A stretch of 49,174 nt of DNA from the NCBI GenBank assembly GCA_017962585.1, contig JAGCVB010000050.1, positions 1-49,174 of the forward strand, written 5' to 3'. The translations under genes and the position numbers were made by a program. The notes under the pieces are model-generated. The model was not told where the DNA came from and made no database searches. It worked only from the letters and a program-made list of their open reading frames with translations. Origin of the DNA: Bacteroidales bacterium (GTDB lineage Bacteria; Bacteroidota; Bacteroidia; Bacteroidales; UBA932). Below, in pieces: positions 17,950-26,887 of the stretch. Position 1 is the stretch's first letter. Each line of letters begins with the position of its first letter.

Positions 17950-20900
17950 ATGAAAAAAAGATTCAAATTCTTTCTGACGGGTGCAGCTATCATTGCAGCA
18001 CTCGTAGGAATGGTGTCTTGTCAAAAAGACTGGCAGAAGGATATTGATGACTTGGGAAGGCAGATTAATGATCTGACTACTCAGCTCAACACTCTCCAGG
18101 GGCAGATCGATAATGGCGAGATTGTCACTAATGTGACCCCAATTCAGGGTGGTATTAGAGTTACCACTAATAAGACCTCCTACGACATTGTCGGCCAGAA
18201 GGGTGATGGGTCTGTCGTTAAAATTGGCGATGACGGCTATTGGTACATCGACAATAAGAAGACTGACTACAAAGCTCAAGGAGCAGATGGTCATGGTGAT
18301 TATTATGTTCCTGGAGCAAGCGGCTATTTTGACAAGTACTCTTGGAATGCCGATAAGGGAGCGTATGATAAGACCGCTACTGACATCTCTTACATCGCTC
18401 CTGGTGCTATTACCGCAGTCTGGAAAGATGATGCTTTGACACTCTACGGAGTCGATGGTTATGAAGGAGGTTATACTCTAGAATTGCTCACCGGCCTCAA
18501 GGGTCTTGCTTTCGTTCCTGAGCGTATTTTCGACGGACTTGGCCTTATTACGGTTTACGAGTTCACAGCTCCCGCTAATAACACAGAGTTCCCGTTTGTA
18601 AATAAGGATGGTGAAGCTACATTTATCGCTACTGCGCCTACTGAGGTTACTTACCGTATGGATGCAGCTAACATTGATGTGGACAAGTACACATGGGACT
18701 TCATCAACCGCGAGGTTTACACCAAAGCTGATGCTGACAAGACTGACCTTGTTAAGATTGAGGCAGGTCCTGAGAAAGAGGACTCTTTCGTTAACTTCAA
18801 GATTCAGCTTCTCAAGTCTGTTGAGCCAGCTGATCATCAGAAGACCAATGATATCGTTGCTCTCCGTGCTGTAGGCGAAGACTCCGAGCCTGTTGTTTCT
18901 GACTATGCATACATTGAGAAAGAAACCAATTCCGGTTACGACCTTATCCATAAGGACGAGTACGAGAAGGGTGAGCCCCGTTACTACCGTACAGAAGCAG
19001 ATGATGTTAAGATTGACGCTGATACCGATTACAATGATGGTGAAGGCATTGAGGTGAAGGGGAACACAAATCCTGCCACCCCTGTTCTCGTAATAGATGA
19101 GAAAGAGGAAGTTGACCTGCTTGATTATGTTGAGACCTATGCTGAGCAGCTTGGTGATCTTATTTCAACTGCCGGAGTCGTTCCTACCTATAAATTCTAT
19201 TTTGCCGGTTTTGATGATTCTGATAAGATTATCATCAGCACTGATTCAAAGAAGGCCACTTATCTTTCAGATGATGATGATAAGACCAACCAGAACCAGT
19301 TCGTTATTCTCAATGATTCAAAGGTTGCAATTGACCGTGATTTCGTAAGCGCTGGTCGCCCTGCCATCGGCCGTACTCCGCTTATTTACGTTCAGTCCAT
19401 TTACAACGGTGTAATCCTTGCCGAAGGCTTCATCAAACTTGTTATCGTTGAAGAAGAGAAGGAGCCAGAACCAGAGAAACCTTCACTCGGATACAAGGTA
19501 TTCATTAAGCACGGTGGTGAGTTTGATGTTGACTCTATTCCTGAGGAGGGTACTTATGTAGGTAGTGCATTCACAGATCCTAATACCGCTCTCAACTATG
19601 ACGGAGACAACCATGAGCTTAATGTTGCTTGGGATGAAATGAATGTCAAGATGTTCAACGAGTTAGGTATGTCCTTCGAAGAATTCCAGAATGCTTACAA
19701 CGTTGATGAGCCTATCCTTATTGTTAAGGATGCTAACAATGGTGAGCCTGGTGACCTGCCTGACGAGGGTAAGTACGAGTTCTCAGCTGATCTCGGTGAG
19801 CTGAATAACATCTATAGCGATGGTCTGACAATTACCAAGCTTAGCCCTGCTAACTGGAAGCAGAACACCAACATAGTAGACCTTAAGCTTGATCCTGAGG
19901 TTGAGATTAGTGGTCCTCACTTCGTATACGTTGTTTACACTGCAAAGGACAACACCGAAAATGTTGATGCTGTTGTGAAGTTTGTATACAATGTTAAGCA
20001 TGAACACGATTACACACTCACTCATACAGGTGATGGTAAGTGGTTGCTGAACCCGGATTACATCCTTGGTAACCAGGATGAGCTGAATCCTGCAGATCCA
20101 GAGAACTACACGATATCTTACGCTCCTTACAACAAGGATGACAAGGGCTATGGCGCAGTTCGTATCAAGGGTCAGGATCCTGATCAGGAGCACCCGATGC
20201 GTTCTGGTCTTACTGAGCACTTCCTCAACTACATGACTGGATTTGATATCAATGAAGAGTCTGTCTATAAGTTCGAGATTAAGAACTTTACAACCGATGA
20301 GGTTGATTGGGAAGTTGTTGACGGTGGTGGTACTTATGGAACTACAACTTACGACGACGGTGAGCACGCCTATGTTGAACTCACTGGTGCAGAACTGAAG
20401 GATGTTATTGAGACACCTGGTCTTGTTCCATATATCTTCCTCAATACCGAGAATGCTCTGATTGCTAAGGGTTATGATGTTCTTGTTGAGGTTGAAGAGA
20501 ATTGTGAGAAACTCGATGTGGCAGAGTATGGCTACTACTTCGTAGTATTCAAGGCTCTTGATGCTAAGTTGAAGGTTTACAATGTTAAGCTTGGTACCTT
20601 CAAGGAAGTTAACGACTATGCATATGCACATGAGCTTGTAGATGGTATCTTCGATGCTTACAACAACAAGATCTTCGAGTGGAGCGATGGCGCATGGGTT
20701 GCAACTGAGGCAGCTGCTGTCTACGGTATTACTGGTACTGAGGACCTTACTGTTGAGGTTAAGTCTGTACTGAAGTATACATCTGATTCTGAGGAGTCAT
20801 TCGGTGGTAACCTCTATGCGTTCGAGGAGGGAGCATCTCTTGTACCTGCTCCTAGTGAGACAAAGGAATCAGGTATCAACTGGTGGAACCTTGGAACTGA

Positions 20901-21099
20901 TCTGCAGGTTGACAAGAAGGCAGAGTTCACAATCGTAGTTTCTTGGGGCGAAGATGTCCTGGTAGAGGGCGATGGAACCGTTCTTGTTCTTGCTACTGCT
21001 AATAGTATCCACGCGCTACATGACGCTGACGATGCTGTCCTGGACCCTGTAGAGTACAAGGATGGTTGGTACTATGCCGTTGAAGCAGAAGCAGAGTAA
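17950..21099 (+). CDS. Large acidic surface lipoprotein with N-terminal coiled coil and DUF4988/PL29-N-like region; function unknown
   Basis: Lipobox VSC, 'QKDIDDLGRQINDL..QLNTLQGQI' heptads, 'G..G....IGDDGYWYID..KT..KA.G.DG'; very D/E-rich; has its own promoter and terminator. Confidence 0.75.
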   Translation: MKKRFKFFLTGAAIIAALVGMVSCQKDWQKDIDDLGRQINDLTTQLNTLQGQIDNGEIVTNVTPIQGGIRVTTNKTSYDIVGQKGDGSVVKIGDDGYWYIDNKKTDYKAQGADGHGDYYVPGASGYFDKYSWNADKGAYDKTATDISYIAPGAITAVWKDDALTLYGVDGYEGGYTLELLTGLKGLAFVPERIFDGLGLITVYEFTAPANNTEFPFVNKDGEATFIATAPTEVTYRMDAANIDVDKYTWDFINREVYTKADADKTDLVKIEAGPEKEDSFVNFKIQLLKSVEPADHQKTNDIVALRAVGEDSEPVVSDYAYIEKETNSGYDLIHKDEYEKGEPRYYRTEADDVKIDADTDYNDGEGIEVKGNTNPATPVLVIDEKEEVDLLDYVETYAEQLGDLISTAGVVPTYKFYFAGFDDSDKIIISTDSKKATYLSDDDDKTNQNQFVILNDSKVAIDRDFVSAGRPAIGRTPLIYVQSIYNGVILAEGFIKLVIVEEEKEPEPEKPSLGYKVFIKHGGEFDVDSIPEEGTYVGSAFTDPNTALNYDGDNHELNVAWDEMNVKMFNELGMSFEEFQNAYNVDEPILIVKDANNGEPGDLPDEGKYEFSADLGELNNIYSDGLTITKLSPANWKQNTNIVDLKLDPEVEISGPHFVYVVYTAKDNTENVDAVVKFVYNVKHEHDYTLTHTGDGKWLLNPDYILGNQDELNPADPENYTISYAPYNKDDKGYGAVRIKGQDPDQEHPMRSGLTEHFLNYMTGFDINEESVYKFEIKNFTTDEVDWEVVDGGGTYGTTTYDDGEHAYVELTGAELKDVIETPGLVPYIFLNTENALIAKGYDVLVEVEENCEKLDVAEYGYYFVVFKALDAKLKVYNVKLGTFKEVNDYAYAHELVDGIFDAYNNKIFEWSDGAWVATEAAAVYGITGTEDLTVEVKSVLKYTSDSEESFGGNLYAFEEGASLVPAPSETKESGINWWNLGTDLQVDKKAEFTIVVSWGEDVLVEGDGTVLVLATANSIHALHDADDAVLDPVEYKDGWYYAVEAEAE

Positions 21100-21110
21100 T
21101 CTGTATTATT

Positions 21111-21158
21111 AATACTTAAAAGGAGAGAGAGCGCAAACTCTCTCTCCTTTTAAGTATT
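21111..21158 (+). terminator. Strong terminator (21-bp perfect stem)
   Basis: AATACTTAAAAGGAGAGAGAG-cgcaaa-CTCTCTCTCCTTTTAAGTATT. Confidence 0.9.
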
Positions 21159-21178
21159 TATATATCATCATTTCTATT

Positions 21179-23095
21179 ATGAAGAAGTTTTTTTCTTGCC
21201 TAGTCATATTATTGTCCTTCATTAGTTTATTAGTGTGTTGCATGCCTGATTCGTTGAATCTGACGGACAATAATAAAGTCCGTATTGCTTCTTTGTGGGC
21301 AACTATAGAAGGAGAACCTGGAACTAAAACAGAGTTTGGCCATTCGACAACGTCAGGTAGCTATTCCCAGATTCTTTGGAAAGCTGGAGACCAGATTAAC
21401 GTTTTTTATGCAAATGCATCTTCAACTGCTTCTTCAAAATTTGAAACGGAGGCCGGTGGAGCGACAGCTAATTTCTCATTAGTTTCCGGGAGCTCTCCTG
21501 AAAGCGGTTCTTTTCTAGGCCTCTCTCCATACAATGATAATGCAACTGCAAATATAACTTCTAAAACTATTTCGACTTCTATCCCGGTTGAGCAAAAGGC
21601 AAATGCTAATAGCTATGATCCGGAGGCTTTTATATCTGTTGCCTATTCCACAAAGTCCAATCAGATGGCATTCTATAACGTGTGTGGAGGTCTTTGTTTC
21701 ACTTTAACCGGTTCAAACGTTTCAAAGTATAGTCAGATAGAATTGAAAGGTAATGCAAATGAAAAGATAGTTGGACCTGTGAACATCTCTTGCTCGACGG
21801 CTACTGCACCTATCTCCTCTTCTGTGTCTGGAAGTTCTACGACGGTAACTCTAATTCTTCCTGAAGGTAAATCTTTTGAAAAGAACAAAAAGTATTATCT
21901 ATTGTTTTTACCTACTATATTTTCGAAAGGATTCACAATATCTTTTAAGGATGCTAGCGGTAGTGTGCTTGTGAAAAGTGAGTGTAAATCATATGTGGAG
22001 TTCAAACGCAGTGTTTTCGCATCTATTAACGGAGCTGATAATCCGGATACAGTCCTAAAAATCCGTGATGGAGAACTTCTTTCGAAGGATGGTACAGCGA
22101 ATTGTTATATTGTATCCAAGGTGGGATCTTATAAGTTCCCTTTGTCCCGAGCGACGGAAACGGATTATTTGTCAGGGGTTACCAGCGTGAAAGTTCTCTG
22201 GGAGACGAACAATACTAGCATTGAGCAATCTACAGGTAGTATTATCACTAACGTAGAGACTAACAAGAAATACGTTTATTTCGACACTCCCACTACCTTG
22301 AAGGATGGTAATGCCATTATCGCTGCTTATAGTAATAATGCTATTGTATGGAGTTGGCATATCTGGGTATGTAAGGATTATAATCCAGTGACTTCTAGCC
22401 AGAAGTATACTGGTAAGAAAGCAGCGATGATGGACCGTAATCTGGGAGCATTATCGGCCACAGCCTCCAATTCATTATCCAATGGTCTCTTCTATCAATG
22501 GGGGCGCAAGGATCCTTTCCCTGGTGCTGTCGAATCATATGTCGAGAGTTCAAATGGTGGTCACTTGATGAGAACCACAAAGGGAGATAAGTTAACTACC
22601 GTTTCTTCGGAGACAGTGGAAGCGACGGTGGATTATGCCATCGCCCATCCTGATACTTATATCACGACGTCTAAGAGCAATGGTGATTGGCTTGCCATAC
22701 CAAATCATGAATTATGGGGGCAGTCCAAGACTATCTACGATCCATGCCCAGCTGGTTGGAAAGTCCCTGCGGCCAATGTTTTAGACTCAAACAAGCAGCA
22801 TGTTCTTGAACAAGAAGCTTGGAGTAATTTGAATTATCGCCGGGTTGATGGCAATATTAATGGAGTCTGGCTGGATTATGACCGAGCATGGTATCCCAAT
22901 AACGGATACATCAGTCTTGCCGGAAAGCTTCTTATGGTGGGCCAGTACTCCTGTTATTGGTCAAGTTCTCGCAATTCTCTAGCCGTATACGCAATGGAAA
23001 TGAGCAAGACAGGAACTAGTTTGACATTTGATCCCCGTTGTTATGGTAAGGTTCGAGGCGAAGGCCATTCTGTCCGCTGTGTTAAAGATAATTAA
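21179..23095 (+). CDS. Fimbrillin-like lipoprotein with a C-terminal Fib_succ_major/C-type-lectin-like domain (putative type V pilus tip adhesin)
   Basis: Lipobox VCC; 'TKT...W.AGD.I.VF' fimbrillin N-terminus; ANCYIV, GNA.IA, WSWHIW, MDRNLGA, GLFYQWGRKDPF, KT.YDPCP.GW.VP, YWSS, G.SVRCVKD. Confidence 0.8.
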   Translation: MKKFFSCLVILLSFISLLVCCMPDSLNLTDNNKVRIASLWATIEGEPGTKTEFGHSTTSGSYSQILWKAGDQINVFYANASSTASSKFETEAGGATANFSLVSGSSPESGSFLGLSPYNDNATANITSKTISTSIPVEQKANANSYDPEAFISVAYSTKSNQMAFYNVCGGLCFTLTGSNVSKYSQIELKGNANEKIVGPVNISCSTATAPISSSVSGSSTTVTLILPEGKSFEKNKKYYLLFLPTIFSKGFTISFKDASGSVLVKSECKSYVEFKRSVFASINGADNPDTVLKIRDGELLSKDGTANCYIVSKVGSYKFPLSRATETDYLSGVTSVKVLWETNNTSIEQSTGSIITNVETNKKYVYFDTPTTLKDGNAIIAAYSNNAIVWSWHIWVCKDYNPVTSSQKYTGKKAAMMDRNLGALSATASNSLSNGLFYQWGRKDPFPGAVESYVESSNGGHLMRTTKGDKLTTVSSETVEATVDYAIAHPDTYITTSKSNGDWLAIPNHELWGQSKTIYDPCPAGWKVPAANVLDSNKQHVLEQEAWSNLNYRRVDGNINGVWLDYDRAWYPNNGYISLAGKLLMVGQYSCYWSSSRNSLAVYAMEMSKTGTSLTFDPRCYGKVRGEGHSVRCVKDN

Positions 23096-23101
23096 TACTT
23101 C

Positions 23102-25522
23102 ATGCGTATGAGAAACAGATTCTTATTACTGGTTTTGTTCATTCTGACCTTTATTTCATGCGCACCTGAACCTGTGCGAGTAACAAGTATTACCCTTAAT
23201 ACTAAGGCGATTACGCTTGAGGTAGGAGCAACTGAGAGACTATCGGCGACGGTCTCACCCAACAGCGCTGACAATCCGACAGTTATTTGGACAAGCGACA
23301 ATGCATCTGTTGCCAAAGTGTCCGATGGTGTGGTTACGGCAGTAGCTCCTGGTACGGCGCGGATTACTGCTAAGTCGGATGACGGTGGCTTATCAGACGT
23401 ATGCGTAGTTACTGTTCAGATTCCGTACATATCTGTTACAGGTGTAAGCTTAGATAAGGAGTCTGTGAGTCTGTATGAAGGTGGAACTGCACAGTTGATA
23501 GCTACTATCACTCCTTCCGATGCGGACGACCCGTCTCTTCGCTGGTCCAGCAATAATCCTGATGTGGTGTTGATCACAGCAGATGGTAAGTTATTGGGAC
23601 TGGCTCCTGGAAATGCTGATGTTGCAGTTGAGACGGTGGATGGGTCTTTCAGCGCGACTTGTAAGGTGACAGTAAAGGAGGTAAGAATGGAATTGAAACC
23701 TCCGACATTGGATATTATAATCGGAGATGAAGCAGATATTAAGGTAAGTCTAGGTGAGCAATTGGAGGGAGCTGATCTAAATGTCAGGTGGTATAGTACG
23801 GAAGAGAGCATAGTATCTGTAAATGACAAAGGTCATGTTAAGGCTCATTCTGTCGGTGATGCTGTAATATGTGCAGCTACCGAGAAAGGCAAGACAGCCT
23901 TTTGCAAGGTTCATGTACGGAATAAGGTAGAATCGGTTAAGGTGACTACTTCGACAGGTGAGAGTCAAATCAGTATTGGAGCGACTCTTCAATTGATGGC
24001 GAAGGTAACTCCTGCGAATCTTCCGGACATTGAGATAGAATGGAAATCAAGCGACACTTCAATAGCGACTGTAAATGCCGAAGGTCTTGCTACAGCCAAG
24101 AAGGAAGGCACTGTTAAGATTACTGCTACTGTGACTAACGGATCGCAAACCGAATCTTCTGACTATGAGATACAGGTCATCCAGCAGCAGGTTGAATCTA
24201 TCGAACTTGATAAGACTGCCTTGTCAATGATTGAGGGTGAGATGTATTCATTGAAAGCAACCATCAAGCCCGAAAGTGCTTTTGATAAAACAATTAAGTG
24301 GGAATCTTCCGTTCCTTCTGTCGCAACAGTATCCGATAGGGGTGAGGTGACGGCAGTTAAAGCCGGTACGGCTATAATAACTGCTAAATGTGGAAATAAG
24401 TCAGCCTCTTGTCAGATAACCGTTCAAACTAAGTTTATCAACGTGACAGGTGTCTTACTGGATAAAGAGTCATTGACAATCGATTTGAACACTGATGCTC
24501 AACTGACAGCAACAGTTCTGCCCTCTAATGCTGGCAATAAGGCTGTCATGTGGTCTTCCTCTGATCCTTCCGTCGTCTCGGTGAGTGCCAAGGATAATGT
24601 TGCGACGGTTACAGCAAAGTCTGTAGGAGAAGCCGTGATTTATGTTGAGACTTTAGATGGTAGCTTTACAAAGGAATGTAAGGTGACAGTCACTGTCCCG
24701 GTATCTTCAATAACGCTTTCCCAGACCTCAGCGACACTTGCTTTTGGTCAGACTTTAACACTATCTGCGACCGTTTTACCTGCCAATGCGTTTAATACTG
24801 CCCTTGAATGGTCCTCTTCTAATTCTTCAGTAGCTTCGGTTTCCGAAGGAATAGTTAAGGCAGGTACAACTGAAGGGACTGTAACTATCACTGTCAAATC
24901 TAAGAGTAATCCTCAAGTGAAGGCTACTTGCAGGGTTACCGTTAAGGCTCAGGTTGTTTTGGTTACTAAAGTTACGATTTCCCCTTCTAGCTTGGAAATG
25001 TCTCTTAACCAGACTGCGAAAGTGACAGCGACTGTTTATCCTTCAAATGCAGACAATAAAAGCATTATCTGGACTACTCCTCAGGGAGCAGTAGTAACAG
25101 TGGACCAGAGTGGTAATGTTAAAGCTGTTCGGGTAGGAACATCAAGATTAATTGCTAAATCTGCTGATGGGAATGCTCAGGCATGGATTACAGTTACTGT
25201 TACTAAGAAAGCGGTTAGTTCTGTATCTGTTTCTCCGTCATCGTTGATATTGAAGGTAGGAGAGACCTATGATTTAAAAGCGACTGTTGCACCTTCTGAT
25301 GCCTCCATTACTACAGTTTCTTGGAGCACCTCCGATTCATCCGTTGCGACGGTGGATCGCTCTTCAGGACGAGTCACTGCTAAAAGCGCTGGTGAGGCTA
25401 CCATAACGGTTCAATCTACTGATGATTCAACAAAAAAGGCTACTTGTAAAGTAACAGTCCTTGCTTCTGGTTCTAGCTCTGGAGGAACTGAAGGAGTGGA
25501 TTTTGAGAACTGGAATTTCTGA
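23102..25522 (+). CDS. Lipoprotein with about nine tandem bacterial Ig-like (Big_2) domains
   Basis: Lipobox ISC; repeats of V..V.L....L.L..G....L.AT..P.NA....V.W.SS...VA.V...G.VTA...G.A.IT. Confidence 0.9.
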   Translation: MRMRNRFLLLVLFILTFISCAPEPVRVTSITLNTKAITLEVGATERLSATVSPNSADNPTVIWTSDNASVAKVSDGVVTAVAPGTARITAKSDDGGLSDVCVVTVQIPYISVTGVSLDKESVSLYEGGTAQLIATITPSDADDPSLRWSSNNPDVVLITADGKLLGLAPGNADVAVETVDGSFSATCKVTVKEVRMELKPPTLDIIIGDEADIKVSLGEQLEGADLNVRWYSTEESIVSVNDKGHVKAHSVGDAVICAATEKGKTAFCKVHVRNKVESVKVTTSTGESQISIGATLQLMAKVTPANLPDIEIEWKSSDTSIATVNAEGLATAKKEGTVKITATVTNGSQTESSDYEIQVIQQQVESIELDKTALSMIEGEMYSLKATIKPESAFDKTIKWESSVPSVATVSDRGEVTAVKAGTAIITAKCGNKSASCQITVQTKFINVTGVLLDKESLTIDLNTDAQLTATVLPSNAGNKAVMWSSSDPSVVSVSAKDNVATVTAKSVGEAVIYVETLDGSFTKECKVTVTVPVSSITLSQTSATLAFGQTLTLSATVLPANAFNTALEWSSSNSSVASVSEGIVKAGTTEGTVTITVKSKSNPQVKATCRVTVKAQVVLVTKVTISPSSLEMSLNQTAKVTATVYPSNADNKSIIWTTPQGAVVTVDQSGNVKAVRVGTSRLIAKSADGNAQAWITVTVTKKAVSSVSVSPSSLILKVGETYDLKATVAPSDASITTVSWSTSDSSVATVDRSSGRVTAKSAGEATITVQSTDDSTKKATCKVTVLASGSSSGGTEGVDFENWNF

Positions 25523-25534
25523 TTCTTTTATGAT

Positions 25535-25575
25535 AGTCCGGTAGTAATTAATACGCTGCCGGACTTTCTTTTTTT
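25535..25575 (+). terminator. Rho-independent terminator
   Basis: AGTCCGGTAG...CTGCCGGACT followed by a T-rich tract. Confidence 0.75.
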
Positions 25576-25584
25576 ATCCAGTAT

Positions 25585-25615
25585 TTTGACATAAAGAAAA
25601 AAATTCGTAAAATTG
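25585..25615 (+). promoter_or_regulatory. Probable promoter of the ompA-like gene
   Basis: TTTG, 19-nt spacer, TAAAATTG (one mismatch to TAnnTTTG). Confidence 0.45.
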
Positions 25616-25652
25616 TAATTATAAGGATTGTTATTTAAAAACATATAATAAT

Positions 25653-26807
25653 ATGAAAAAAGCATTATTAGTTCTTTCTTCTTTTCTTGCGCTTACTTTT
25701 AGCGTAAGCGCCCAGCAGTTTTTCCCAGACTGGTATTTAGGAGTCAAGGGAGGAATCGGAGAGACCATAGGTGAGACAAATTGGCAGAAACTCCTTTCGC
25801 CTGCTGCATCCCTTAATGTTGGCTATCAGTTCACTCCTGTATTTGGCTTACGTGGAGATATCTCTGGATGGCAGGCTAAGGGTTTTCTTCCTGTTTACAA
25901 AGATTTATACAAATTCAACTATCTGCAGGGTGCTCTCGATGCAACATTCGACATAGCTAGCCTGTTCGCCGGTTATAAGGAGCGCATTGTCAATCCTTAT
26001 ATATTCGTTGGAGCCGGTGCAAACTATCGTTTCAACAATGACGAGGCTAACGCAGTAGCAAGCCACTTCTACAAAGACAACTATCTTTGGGATGGTGGAA
26101 AGGTTTCTGTTCTCGGCCGCGCCGGTGCTGGAATCGATTTCAGACTGTCAGATGCAATCGCTCTCGAGCTTGAGGCTGTAGCAAACGGATATTCAGATCA
26201 CTTCAACTCTAAGGTCGGTGACATTTTCGACTATCAGATCAACGCTCTTGCAGGTCTTAAGTTCACCTTCGGCGCAGCCAAGAAGAAAGCAGCCGCTCTT
26301 GCAGCAGCTGAGGCAGCTGAGGCAGCACGCCTCGCAGCCGAGAGGGCAGCAGCAGAGGCAGCTCGTCTTGCAGCCGAGAGGGCAGCAGCCGAGAGGGCAG
26401 CAGCCGAGGCTGAGGCAGCTCGTCTTGCAGCAGAAAGGGCAGCAGCCGAGAGGGCAGCAGCAGAGGCAGCAGCCCGCGCTCGCGCTCGTGCAACCACCGA
26501 GAACGTTCTCTTCGTAATCGACCAGTGGAAGATCCGTCCTTCAGAGCAGGAGAAGATCGACCGCGTTGTAAACGTAATGAAGCAGTATCCTGAGGCAGTT
26601 GTTACAATCAGCGCTTACGCTGACAAGCAGACTGGTAATCCTCGTTGGAATATGACTCTGTCACAGCATCGTGCTGAAGTTGTAGCCGAGGCTCTTAAGG
26701 CCGCCGGAATCGCAGCCAACCGCATCACCACCGAGTACTTCGGAGACACTGTCAATCCTTTCGACACCGCTCCTGAGAACCGTGTATCTGTACTCGTAAC
26801 CAGGTAA
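25653..26807 (+). CDS. OmpA family outer membrane protein (beta-barrel, Ala/Glu/Arg helical linker, OmpA_C peptidoglycan-binding domain)
   Basis: Signal peptide, GYQFTPVFGLRG, NPY.FVG.G, AGLKFTFG; C-terminal V.F..D, AYAD..TG...N..LS..RA..V...L...GI...RI....FGD, NRV. Confidence 0.93.
   Translation: MKKALLVLSSFLALTFSVSAQQFFPDWYLGVKGGIGETIGETNWQKLLSPAASLNVGYQFTPVFGLRGDISGWQAKGFLPVYKDLYKFNYLQGALDATFDIASLFAGYKERIVNPYIFVGAGANYRFNNDEANAVASHFYKDNYLWDGGKVSVLGRAGAGIDFRLSDAIALELEAVANGYSDHFNSKVGDIFDYQINALAGLKFTFGAAKKKAAALAAAEAAEAARLAAERAAAEAARLAAERAAAERAAAEAEAARLAAERAAAERAAAEAAARARARATTENVLFVIDQWKIRPSEQEKIDRVVNVMKQYPEAVVTISAYADKQTGNPRWNMTLSQHRAEVVAEALKAAGIAANRITTEYFGDTVNPFDTAPENRVSVLVTR
26272..26492 (+). 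repeat. Coding degenerate tandem repeat (EAARLAAERAA / AAERA units)
   Basis: Repeated GCAGCCGAGAGGGCA and GAGGCAGCTCGTCTTGCAGC blocks. Confidence 0.85.
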
Positions 26808-26826
26808 TAACCAAAACCTACAATAC

Positions 26827-26857
26827 AAAAAAGGCCGGCAAATTTGCCGGCCTTTTT
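26827..26857. terminator. Bidirectional terminator between ompA and the phosphatase gene
   Basis: AAAAAAGGCCGGCAAATTTGCCGGCCTTTTT palindrome. Confidence 0.9.
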
Positions 26858-26887
26858 CATACTCTTACCACTTCTTCTATCTTCTGA

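Noticed and set aside
19783-20631. 282-aa I/V/L-rich minus-strand ORF inside the large lipoprotein gene
   Set aside because: Reverse complement of GAT/AAC/GAC-rich codons; no independent signals
22880-23101. Complete diversity-generating retroelement
   Set aside because: No RT, no template repeat and no downstream hairpin visible in the window
26218-26517. Repetitive alternative-frame and antisense ORFs, and a possible CRISPR-like array in ompA
   Set aside because: Repeats are in-frame coding units with no unique spacers; no cas genes
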